A stretch of 64,000 nt of DNA from an uncultured Thermoleophilia bacterium (lineage in GTDB: Bacteria; Actinomycetota; Thermoleophilia; Gaiellales; Gaiellaceae), in NCBI GenBank assembly GCA_963794375.1, contig CAWCDL010000010.1, positions 891,996 through 955,995 of the forward strand, written 5' to 3'. This document shows, one piece after another, positions 21,347 to 29,617 of the stretch. The notes below the pieces were generated by a model, which was not told the DNA's origin, ran no database searches, and was given only the letters and a program-made list of their open reading frames with translations. Every line of letters starts with the position of its first letter. Position 1 is the first letter of the stretch. The position numbers were made by a program, and so were the translations under genes.

Positions 21347-23139
21347 TTCGGCGTCGTGGCGAGTGCAACCTGGGGGTCGAGGTCGACGTGCCTGCTCACG
21401 AAGCGACAGTCGATCTCCCGCGCGGTGCAGGCGGAGATGACGGCGTCGAGACGGTCGCGCGGGGCGTTCGGGATCGTCACGAAGACGATCTCCGGCTCGA
21501 GCCTGGCGAGCGCCTGCCCAATCCCGTCGATCGACGAGACGACCTTCGTGCCGTTCAATCTCCGACCGCGCAATGATGGTGCGTCGTCGACGAACCCGAC
21601 GACGCGCTCGCCGGGGGTCTCACGCAGCTCGCGCAGGAGGCTACGGCCTGTCCGGCCCGCGCCGACGATCAGCGCGCGGCGCCCCGGGCGTCCGCGGGTC
21701 AGCTCGAGGAGCTCAGTGATCGCCCGTTCCATGAAGCGGGCACTGGTGAGCGCGACCGTGCAGATCAGCGCGTCGATGACGAAGACGCTGTTCGAGAAGT
21801 CGCCCATCGGGCCCTGGGTCAGTGCGAGGATGCCGATCGCGCAAATTGCCGAGACGACGACGGCTGTCCCGGCGCGCGCGGCGTCGCGTGCGCTCGCATA
21901 GCGCCAGACGCCGGCGTACATCCCGAAGACGAGCAGCGCCACGTACCGCGTGAAGAGCAGGACCGGTAGCGAGAGCAGGAAGTAGTGCCGCTGGTTGGGC
22001 GTGCCGATCCCGTCGAACCGCAACAGGTAGGCCGCGAGGAACGAGGCCGCGATCAGCGCGCCGTCGACTGCGACTTCGGCAAGGCGGCGCGTGTACAGGT
22101 ACCGCGGACGGCCGTCCGCACGTCGCCCGCGGCCGGAGTCGGCGAGGAAGCTCCCGAACTGGACGAGGAGCGCGAACGTGACGAGCACGCCGATCGCTGC
22201 CACGCGCCCGTTCGCGAACGCCTCGTAGGCCAGGCTGGTCGCTCCGAGCGCGGCGGAGATGAGGGCGAGCAGGACGACCGCCTCGGTCTCCGACAGCCCG
22301 AGCGAGACGAGCCGGTGCGAGCTGTGGTCGCGGCCGCCCTGCGAGACGGGGCGCCCCTCGAGCAGGCGGACGATCGTGACGAGGGTCGTATCGAGGATCG
22401 GCACGGCGAGGATGAGGACGGGCAGGACGAGCGTCGCCACCGTCGAGGAGGCGACCGTGTAGCTCGAGGCGAGCCCGAGCGCGGCGAGCGTGAAGCCGAT
22501 CACCTGGGAGCCGCTGTCGCCCATCCAGGCGAGCGCGGGCCGGCCGGGCCGGAGGTTGAACGGCAGGAAGCCGAGCACGCCGAGGCCGAGCGCGACGGCG
22601 ACGACGAGCACGAGCCTCGGCTCGTGCTGCAGCCACGCGTCGCTCGCGAAGAACAGCGCCGCGATCACAGCGAGGCTGCCCGCGAGGCCGTCCATGTTGT
22701 CCAGCAGGTTGAACGCGTTCGTCATCCCGACGAGCCAGATCACGCCGAGCGGGATCGCTACGTACCGGTTGTCCACGATCTGCACGGTCGTGCCGGTGGA
22801 GAGGACGATCGCCGCGGCGCCGAGCTGGGCCGCGAGCTTCGCGAGCGGCGGCAGCGAGCGCAGGTCGTCGACCAGGCCGGCGACGAAGAGAAGCGTCGCC
22901 CCGGCGTAGAGCCCGAGGAGCTGGCGGTCGGCCGTCAGCGGGCCGAGCGCCACGGCCACCCAGATGCCCGCGCTCAGGCCGGCGAAGATGCCGATTCCGC
23001 CGACGAGCGGCGTCGCGCGCATACGCCAGCGCCCCGACGCCGGTGCGCGCTCGAAGCGGCGCGAGAAGCGCGAGCGGAGCAACGCCCACACGACGACGAC
23101 CGCCGTCGGGAAAGCCACCAGGGCCGAGACGGTGCTCAC
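21343..23139 (-). CDS. WecA/MraY-family polyprenyl-phosphate N-acetylhexosamine-1-P transferase fused to a C-terminal membrane + Rossmann (CoA-binding-like) module
   Basis: The N-terminal roughly 330 aa carry VDDLRSLP, NAFNLLDNMDGLAG and MGDSGSQ. The C-terminal roughly 250 aa have 4 TM helices plus ALIVGAGRTGRSLLREL...VVGFVDD...IVFVTIP, as found at the N-terminus of CapD/WbaP-type proteins. Confidence 0.8.
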   Translation of the reverse strand: MSTVSALVAFPTAVVVVWALLRSRFSRRFERAPASGRWRMRATPLVGGIGIFAGLSAGIWVAVALGPLTADRQLLGLYAGATLLFVAGLVDDLRSLPPLAKLAAQLGAAAIVLSTGTTVQIVDNRYVAIPLGVIWLVGMTNAFNLLDNMDGLAGSLAVIAALFFASDAWLQHEPRLVLVVAVALGLGVLGFLPFNLRPGRPALAWMGDSGSQVIGFTLAALGLASSYTVASSTVATLVLPVLILAVPILDTTLVTIVRLLEGRPVSQGGRDHSSHRLVSLGLSETEAVVLLALISAALGATSLAYEAFANGRVAAIGVLVTFALLVQFGSFLADSGRGRRADGRPRYLYTRRLAEVAVDGALIAASFLAAYLLRFDGIGTPNQRHYFLLSLPVLLFTRYVALLVFGMYAGVWRYASARDAARAGTAVVVSAICAIGILALTQGPMGDFSNSVFVIDALICTVALTSARFMERAITELLELTRGRPGRRALIVGAGRTGRSLLRELRETPGERVVGFVDDAPSLRGRRLNGTKVVSSIDGIGQALARLEPEIVFVTIPNAPRDRLDAVISACTAREIDCRFVSRHVDLDPQVALATTPK

Positions 23140-23213
23140 GCCGTGAGAGCGTAGTTCAACGGTGTTAGGGGCGTATGTGCCCTCACGAGCCCTCCATACA
23201 CTAGAAGCCGATC

Positions 23214-24008
23214 ATGACGGTCTACTCCGACCTCTTCCGCTACCGCGAGCTCTTCGCGAACCTCTTCCGGCGCGACTTCCAGGCGAAGTACAAGGGCTCG
23301 CTGCTCGGGGTCGCCTGGTCGCTCCTGAACCCGCTCGTCCTGCTCGGCGTCTACCTGCTCGTCTTCGGCGTCATCTTCCCGAGCAAGACGCCGCACTACC
23401 CGCTCTACGTCCTTTCGGGCCTCGCGTGCTGGACGTTCTTCGCGACGTCCCTCCAGTCGTCGGCCCGCTCGCTGATCGACTCGGCGGAGCTGGTCAAGAA
23501 GGTGCGCTTCCCGCGCCAGCTCGTGTCGCTCTCGATGGTGGGGACGCAGGCGGTGACGTTCGCCGTGCTGATCGTCGTGCTGGTCGTCCTGTCGCTCGTC
23601 CTCGTGCCCGCCGCCCGGCCGTACGTCGTGCTCTCGATCCCGCTGGCGGTGCTCTTCGCCGCCGAGGTGCTCGGGATCGCCCTCGTCGTCGCCTGTCTGA
23701 ACGTCCTCTTCCGCGACGTCGAGCACGTGATCGCGGCGGCGCTCTTGCCCTGGTTCTTCGTCACGCCGATCCTCTGGAGCTCGAGCACGCTCGGCGACCG
23801 CGCCGACCGTCACGCGACGTTGCTGACCGTCCTGCACTGGGTGAACCCCGTGGCGCCGCCGATCTTCGCCGTGCGCGACGCCATCTGGTCCGGGCACGCG
23901 CCGCGCTGGACGGACGTCCTCTACCTGGTCGTGGCCGCGTTCGTCGCGCTCGCGCTGGGGGCGCTCGTCTTCAGGTCGGTCGACGACCGGATCGCGGTCG
24001 AGCTGTGA
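23214..24008 (+). CDS. ABC-2 type polysaccharide export permease (Wzm/TagG-like)
   Basis: FRYRELFANLFRRDFQAKYKGSLLGVAWSLLNPL is the canonical ABC-2 N-terminus. Six TM helices. Confidence 0.85.
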   Translation: MTVYSDLFRYRELFANLFRRDFQAKYKGSLLGVAWSLLNPLVLLGVYLLVFGVIFPSKTPHYPLYVLSGLACWTFFATSLQSSARSLIDSAELVKKVRFPRQLVSLSMVGTQAVTFAVLIVVLVVLSLVLVPAARPYVVLSIPLAVLFAAEVLGIALVVACLNVLFRDVEHVIAAALLPWFFVTPILWSSSTLGDRADRHATLLTVLHWVNPVAPPIFAVRDAIWSGHAPRWTDVLYLVVAAFVALALGALVFRSVDDRIAVEL

Positions 24009-24684
24009 TGACGATCCGCCCGTCGTAGACCCACGGCTCGGCGGCCGGCGCGCCGAACGCAGGCAGTCCCGCCACGTCGTCGACCTGCTCGAGCTCGACA
24101 CCCGGCAGCACCGACGGGCACACGAGCGGGGCGGCGAAGCCGGGTACACGACCCGGGCCGGGCTCATAGGGCGCGAGTGCGCGCGGGCGGCGGAAGCCGT
24201 CCCAGGCGACGGCGCCCGCCACGACCCCGTAGCCCTCGGCGTGCGCGGCGCGCACGCGCTCGGAGCGGTCAGAGGCCGCCTCGACCCAGTCGGGAAGCGT
24301 GTCGATCGGCTCGCCGCTGCGCTCGCCGACCACGACGTCGCGGGTGAGCGGCTCGCTGCCGAGCTCCGAGAACCAGGCGCGGTTCTCGGCGACCATGTCG
24401 AAGGCGAGCCGGTAACCGCCTGGCGGGATCGGTGCGCGCACGCGCAGCTCCACCACCTCGACTGCGCCCGGCTCGAGCTGCGGCGCGAGCGTCCGCAGGC
24501 CGTCCCAGACGATCGGGTTGTCGCGTCCGTCGAGCCAGTGATAGGCGAGGCTGATCCCCATGCCGGAGCGCCAGGCGACGGTGCCCGCGTTCTCGACCTC
24601 GACCCGGACGCGCGCGATCGCGCCGGCCTCCGGAGCGAGGTCGGGCCAGGCGCCGAAGTGCACGGCGAGAGGTCCCTTCGACAC
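23971..24684 (-). CDS. Hypothetical protein with an N-terminal Ig-like (NBR1-like) beta-sandwich motif
   Basis: GTG 24684. VRVEVENAGTVAWRS...LAYHWLD...LEPGAVEVVELRVRAPIPPGGYRLAFDMVAENRAWF. The function is unknown. Confidence 0.55.
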   Translation of the reverse strand: MSKGPLAVHFGAWPDLAPEAGAIARVRVEVENAGTVAWRSGMGISLAYHWLDGRDNPIVWDGLRTLAPQLEPGAVEVVELRVRAPIPPGGYRLAFDMVAENRAWFSELGSEPLTRDVVVGERSGEPIDTLPDWVEAASDRSERVRAAHAEGYGVVAGAVAWDGFRRPRALAPYEPGPGRVPGFAAPLVCPSVLPGVELEQVDDVAGLPAFGAPAAEPWVYDGRIVITARPRSGRRPT

Positions 24685-24691
24685 AACGGGC

Positions 24692-24697
24692 TAGCCT
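24692..24697 (+). promoter_or_regulatory. Candidate -10 box TAGCCT, 9 nt upstream of the hemE ATG (leaderless or near-leaderless)
   Basis: A TANNNT hexamer. The divergent intergenic region is only 22 bp and has no SD sequence. Confidence 0.35.
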
Positions 24698-24706
24698 AAC
24701 CCTCGC

Positions 24707-25729
24707 ATGGACCCCCTCCTCGTCCGGGCGCTGCGCCGCGAGCCGACCGAGCGCACGCCGGTCTGGTTCATGCGGCAGGCGGGGCGCTCGCTGCCCGAGT
24801 ACCGCGCCGTTCGCGAACGCCACCCGTTCTTCGAGGTCGCGGGGACTCCCGAGCTGTGCGCGCACGTCACGCTGCAGCCCGTGCTGCGGCACGACGTCGA
24901 CGCCGCGGTGATGTTCGCCGACATCGTCACGCCCGTCCTCGGCATGGGGCTCGACGTCGAGCTCGTCGAGGGCGTCGGCCCCGTCGTCGCCGAGCCGGTG
25001 CGCACGCTCGCGGACGTCGAGCGGCTGCGCGTGCCCGATCCCGACGAGGCATTCGCGCCACTGCTCGAGGCGATTCGGATCGTCCGCGCGGAGCTCCGTC
25101 CCGACCAGGCGGTGGTCGGTTTCTGCGGCGGCCCGTTCACGGTCGCGGGCTACCTCGTCGAGGGCAAGCCGTCCCGGGAATTCGCGACCCTCAAGAGGCT
25201 GATGTACTCGGAGCCGGAGGTGTGGCGCGCGCTGATGGAGAAGCTCTCGACGTGCTTCGGTGCGTACGCCGACGCCCAGGCGCGCGCGGGCGCCGACGTC
25301 GTGCAGCTGTTCGACTCGTGGGTCGGCGTCCTCTCGCCGTCCGACTACGAGGAGCTCGTCGCGCCGTGGTCGGCCCGCGTGCTCGAGGCGGTCGATGTGC
25401 CGACGATCCACTTCGGCACCGGCACCGCGACGCTGCTCGCTGCCATGGCGCGCGCGGGCGGCGACGGCATCGGGCTCGACTGGCGCGTCCCGCTCGACGA
25501 CGGCTGGGCGCTCGTCGGCGACCGTGCCGTCCAGGGCAACCTCGATCCCGCCGTGCTGCTCGGCCCGTGGGAGCGCGTCGAGGCGGGGGCGCGCGACGTG
25601 CTCGAGCGCGCCGCCGGCCGGCCGGGGCACGTCTTCAACCTGGGCCACGGCGTCCTGCCGCCGACGAAGCCCGAGGTGCTCACCCGGCTGGTGGAGCTCG
25701 TCCGCTCGGCTACCTTGGCGGCGCGATGA
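24707..25729 (+). CDS. hemE: Uroporphyrinogen decarboxylase
   Basis: RTPVWFMRQAGRSLPEYR, and full-length similarity in architecture (340 aa). Confidence 0.9.
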   Translation: MDPLLVRALRREPTERTPVWFMRQAGRSLPEYRAVRERHPFFEVAGTPELCAHVTLQPVLRHDVDAAVMFADIVTPVLGMGLDVELVEGVGPVVAEPVRTLADVERLRVPDPDEAFAPLLEAIRIVRAELRPDQAVVGFCGGPFTVAGYLVEGKPSREFATLKRLMYSEPEVWRALMEKLSTCFGAYADAQARAGADVVQLFDSWVGVLSPSDYEELVAPWSARVLEAVDVPTIHFGTGTATLLAAMARAGGDGIGLDWRVPLDDGWALVGDRAVQGNLDPAVLLGPWERVEAGARDVLERAAGRPGHVFNLGHGVLPPTKPEVLTRLVELVRSATLAAR

Positions 25730-26604
25730 GGGCAGCGGTCGTGCTGATGGCGTACGGGTCGCCTGAGCGCGTCGCCGACGTGCCGGCCTACTACGCCGAC
25801 ATCCGCGGCGGCCGCCCGATCCCACCCGAGCGCCTCGACGACCTCGTCGCCCGCTACCGAGCGCTCGGGATCGAGGACGCGAACCCGCTGAACGCCATCA
25901 CCGAGGCGACACGCGCGGCGTTGCAGGACGAGCTCGGCCTGCCGGTCTTCACGGGCATGAAGCACTGGCAGCCGCGCATCGCCGACGCGGTCGAGGCTGC
26001 GCTCGCCGGCGGCGCCGACCGGCTCGTCGGGCTCGTGCTCGCACCGCACTACAGCGCGCTCTCGATCGGCGGCTATCGTCGCCTGCTCGACGAGGCGGTC
26101 GACGGGCGCGTCCCGTTCGCGTTCGTCGAGAGCTGGCACGACGAGCCGGGCTTCGTCTCGTTCCTCGCCGACCGGGTGCGCGGCAGCGAGGCGCACGTCG
26201 TCTTCACGGCGCACTCGCTGCCCGCGCGGATCGTCGATGAGGGAGACCCGTACCGCGACCAGCTGCTCGAGACGGCCACGCTCGTCGCCGAGGAGGCGAC
26301 GGTCGCAGAGTGGTCGTTCTCGTTCCAGAGCGAGTCCCCGACGGGCGAGCCGTGGCTCGGCCCCGACATCCTCGACCACCTCGACGATCTGGCCGCCCGG
26401 GGGGTCGAGCGCGTGCTCGTCTGCCCGGTCGGGTTCGTCTCGGACCACCTCGAGATCCGCTGGGACCTCGACCACGAGGCGCGCGAACGCGCGGGCGAGC
26501 TTGGCGTCGAGCTGACCCGCATCGAGATGCCGAACGACGATGCGGTCTTCGTCGCGATGCTCGCCGGCATCGTGCGCCGTACGCTCGCGGCGGTCCCGGC
26601 ATGA
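25726..26604 (+). CDS. hemH: Ferrochelatase (probably coproporphyrin ferrochelatase type)
   Basis: ATGA overlap with hemE. VLMAYGSP...YYADIRGG, LAPHYS, FTAHSLP, VCPVGFVSDHLEI. Confidence 0.85.
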   Translation: MRAAVVLMAYGSPERVADVPAYYADIRGGRPIPPERLDDLVARYRALGIEDANPLNAITEATRAALQDELGLPVFTGMKHWQPRIADAVEAALAGGADRLVGLVLAPHYSALSIGGYRRLLDEAVDGRVPFAFVESWHDEPGFVSFLADRVRGSEAHVVFTAHSLPARIVDEGDPYRDQLLETATLVAEEATVAEWSFSFQSESPTGEPWLGPDILDHLDDLAARGVERVLVCPVGFVSDHLEIRWDLDHEARERAGELGVELTRIEMPNDDAVFVAMLAGIVRRTLAAVPA

Positions 26605-27820
26605 CGCCCGGGCGCGTCGTCGTCGACCGCGTCTCGCGCACGTTTCGCGTGTACCCGAAGGCGCAGCGGACGCTGAAGGACGTCTTCGTCTCACGAGGAC
26701 GGACCCCGCGCGCGAGGTGCAGGCGCTGCGCGAGGTGTCGATGACGGTGGAGCCGGGCGAGGCGGTCGGCCTCGTCGGGCGCAACGGCTCGGGCAAGTCG
26801 ACGCTGCTGAGGCTGATCTCCGGGATCATCCGGCCGACCGCCGGGCGCGTCGAGGCGGGCGGGCGAGTCGCTTCGCTGCTCGAGCTGGGCGCGGGCTTCC
26901 ACCAGGACTTCACCGGCCGCGAGAACGTCTACCTGAACGGCTCGATCCACGGTCTCAGCCGTGCGCGTGTGCGTGAGGTGATGGACGAGATCGTCGCCTT
27001 CGCGGAGCTCGAGCGGTTCATCGACCTGCCGGTGCGCACCTACTCGTCGGGGATGTTCATGCGGCTCGGCTTCTCCGTCGCCGCGCACATCGAGGCGGAT
27101 CTCCTCCTGCTCGACGAGGTGTTCGCGGTCGGCGACGAGCAGTTCCAGCGGAAGTGCTTCGGGAAGATCGCCGAGTTCAAGGGTCGCGGCGGGACGATCC
27201 TCTTCGTCTCCCACGACGCGCAGGCGGTGGAGCGTCTCTGCGACCGCGCAGTGCTCCTCCGCCAGGGCGAGGTGGCCTTCGACGGGCCGACCGAGTCCGC
27301 GATCGCCGCCTACCGGCGCCTGCTCGCCGACGATGCGACGCCCGACGAGATCGAGGCGGGCCTGCGCGAGTGGGGGAGCGGGGAGGCGCGGATCGTCGGC
27401 GCCGAGCTGCTCGACGCCGACGGCGACCCGCGTCTGCAGTTCGCCTCGGGCGAGCCGCTGACCGTGCGCCTCGCGGTCGCGGCCGAGCCGGGGCTCGCGC
27501 CGCCGGCCGTGACGCTCGAGCTGCGCGACGACGGCGGGCTCGTGCTCGGGTCGACGACGACGGCGACGGCCGGGCTCGGCTGGAACGGCGGCGGCGAGCA
27601 TGTGCTGCTCTTCCGGCTCGAGCGGCTGCCGCTCGCCGACGGCCGTTTCCACCTCCGCGTCGGGCTGGCCGACGCGGCCACCGGCGCTCCCCTGCATGCG
27701 CTCGACGACGCGCTGCGCTTTTTTGTCTTCCCCTCCGGCGAGGCGACCGGCGCGGTGCTGCTCGACGGGAGCTGGAGCTTGCAGGAGATCGATTCGACCG
27801 CGCCAACTCCCTCGCCGTGA
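26601..27820 (+). pseudogene. Wzt/TagH-type polysaccharide ABC exporter ATPase with a C-terminal glycan-binding (Wzt_C-like) domain; frame break at the (CG)4 tract 26707-26714
   Basis: ATG 26601 overlaps the hemH stop. MTPGRVVVDRVSRTFRVYPKAQRTLKDVFVSRGRT is in frame 3. Frame 2 then reads REVQALREVSMTVEPGEAVGLVGRNGSGKST...YSSGMFMRLGF...LLLDEVFAVGD. Length is 3n+2. Deleting one CG unit restores the frame. Confidence 0.75.
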
Positions 27821-28077
27821 GCTCGCGCTCCTGCCCGGACTGGCCTTCGCTGATGGAGATCGCGCCGGAGCTCCAGTTCCGCCACCACACGCTCGCGGAG
27901 GCGCATCTGCCCGTCGAGGCCTTCGTGCAGCTCGAGGGCGTCCCTGCGAACGAGCTCGTCCTTTGTTGCGACCTCGAGGCGCATGTCTTCAACCCGGAGC
28001 ACACCGACCCGCGCGTCGCCTCGGCGCTGCGCGGGACGCACTGGATCGACGTGCGCGAGCTCGGCCGCCCGGCGTAG
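27817..28077 (+). CDS. Small hypothetical protein (86 aa from GTG 27817; alternative ATG 27853)
   Basis: GTGA overlap with the wzt stop. G/C-rich third positions. I recognise no family. Confidence 0.35.
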   Translation: MSSRSCPDWPSLMEIAPELQFRHHTLAEAHLPVEAFVQLEGVPANELVLCCDLEAHVFNPEHTDPRVASALRGTHWIDVRELGRPA

Positions 28078-28083
28078 CGCGGG

Positions 28084-28089
28084 TAGTGT
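28084..28089 (+). promoter_or_regulatory. Candidate -10 box TAGTGT, 8 nt upstream of the cofC ATG
   Basis: A TANNNT hexamer with no SD between it and the start. Confidence 0.3.
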
Positions 28090-28097
28090 GCGGCGCG

Positions 28098-28694
28098 ATG
28101 CCGACGGTCGTCGTCCCGTTCCGCAGCAGCGACCCGAAGAGCCGCCTGCGCGGTGTCAGCGCCGCCGGACGCGAACGGCTGGCGCACGCGATGCTCGACG
28201 ACGTTCTTGCGGCGGCCGAGGGTGTCGGGCCTCTGCTGGTCGTCGCGGCGGCGGGCACGGCGGTGCACGCGCCGGCGCGGCTCGTCGCGGACCCGAGACG
28301 CGGGCAGGGAGCCGCTGTCCAGGCCGCGCTCGACGCCGCCCTGACCGCCGGCCTGCCGGCCCCCGTCCTCGTCGTCAACGCCGATCTCCCCTGTGCGACG
28401 ACGCGCGACCTGCTCGCACTCGCGGGCTCGGTGCCCGACCGCGGTCTCGCGTTCGTCGCCGCCGCCGACGGCACGACGAACGCGCTCGCGTTCTCCGACG
28501 GCTCCCTCTTCCAGCCCGTCTACGGCGCGGGCAGTGCCGAGCGCTTCGAGGCGCTCGGGCCGTCGCGGCGGCTCGACGCGCCGAACCTTGCCGACGACGT
28601 CGACACGGTTGCCGATCTGCTCCGGCTGCGCGGCCGGCTCGGCGAGCACACGAGGCGCGTGCTTGCCGAGCTCCGCCTCGAGACTGCTGCGTGA
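28098..28694 (+). CDS. cofC: 2-phospho-L-lactate / phosphoenolpyruvate guanylyltransferase (F420 biosynthesis)
   Basis: VVVPFRSSDPKSRL, VVNADLPCAT, TNAL, and operon context with cofD/cofE. Confidence 0.8.
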   Translation: MPTVVVPFRSSDPKSRLRGVSAAGRERLAHAMLDDVLAAAEGVGPLLVVAAAGTAVHAPARLVADPRRGQGAAVQAALDAALTAGLPAPVLVVNADLPCATTRDLLALAGSVPDRGLAFVAAADGTTNALAFSDGSLFQPVYGAGSAERFEALGPSRRLDAPNLADDVDTVADLLRLRGRLGEHTRRVLAELRLETAA

Positions 28695-29617
28695 AGGTCG
28701 CGGCGCTTTCCGGAGGCGTCGGCGGGGCGCGCTTCCTCCGCGGCCTCCTCGACGTGGCCGACCCGGCGGCCGTGACGATCGTCGGCAACGTCGCCGACGA
28801 CCTCGAGCTGCTCGGGCTGCGGGTCTCGCCCGACCTCGACAGCATCCTCTACACGCTGACGGGCCGCGCCGACGAGGAGCGCGGCTGGGGTCGCGCGGAC
28901 GAGAGCTGGCGGGCGCTCGAGACGGTCGCCGAGCTCGGCGGCGAATCGTGGTTCCGGCTCGGAGACCGCGACCTCGGGCTGCACCTCGTCCGCAGCGAGC
29001 TCCTGCGGGCGGGCGTGCCGCTCTCCGAGGCGACCCGGCGTATCGCCTCCGCCTACGGGCTGACTGCCCGGCTGCTGCCCGCCTCCGACGACCCGATCCG
29101 CACCTTCCTGGAGACCCCCGCCGGGACGTTCCCGTTCCAGACGTGGTTCGTCGCCCGTGGCCACGCGGACGAGGTCGACGCCGTGCACTACACGGGTGCG
29201 CCTGCTGCGCGTCCTGCCCCGGGCGTGCTCGAGTCGCTCGCGGACGCCGACGTGATCCTCGTCGCGCCGAGCAACCCGTACGTCTCGATCGGGCCGATCC
29301 TGGCAGTCGCGGAGATCCGGGCCGCGCTCGAGCGGCGAACGGCGCCCTGTGTCGCCGTCAGCCCGCTGATCGGCGGCAAGGCGGTGAAAGGCCCGGCCGA
29401 CCGCATGCTCGCACGGCTCGCCGGCGGCACGACACCGCGCCACGTGGGGTCGTGCTACGAGGGGCTGATCGACGCCCTCGTCGTCGACGAGGCCGACGCC
29501 GGCGCCCCGCTGCCCGACGGGATGCGCGCCGTCGTCACGCGGACGCTGATGAGCGACCTCGATGCGGCACGCCGCCTTGCCGCGGCGGCGCTCGACGCAG
29601 CCGGGGCTCCGGCATGA
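28691..29617 (+). CDS. cofD: 2-phospho-L-lactate transferase (FO phosphotransferase, F420-0 synthase)
   Basis: GTGA overlap. VAALSGGVGGARFLRGL, SPDLDSILYTL, ESWFRLGDRDL, APSNPYVSIGPIL. Confidence 0.9.
   Translation: MKVAALSGGVGGARFLRGLLDVADPAAVTIVGNVADDLELLGLRVSPDLDSILYTLTGRADEERGWGRADESWRALETVAELGGESWFRLGDRDLGLHLVRSELLRAGVPLSEATRRIASAYGLTARLLPASDDPIRTFLETPAGTFPFQTWFVARGHADEVDAVHYTGAPAARPAPGVLESLADADVILVAPSNPYVSIGPILAVAEIRAALERRTAPCVAVSPLIGGKAVKGPADRMLARLAGGTTPRHVGSCYEGLIDALVVDEADAGAPLPDGMRAVVTRTLMSDLDAARRLAAAALDAAGAPA

Noticed and set aside
490-26720. Programmed ribosomal frameshifting as the explanation for the frame breaks in the glycosyltransferase and exporter genes.
   Set aside because: I see no slippery heptamer, no in-frame stop or rare-codon pause (prfB-like CUU UGA) and no obvious stimulatory element at any site. 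Three shifts inside 195 nt of one gene is not a known recoding pattern.
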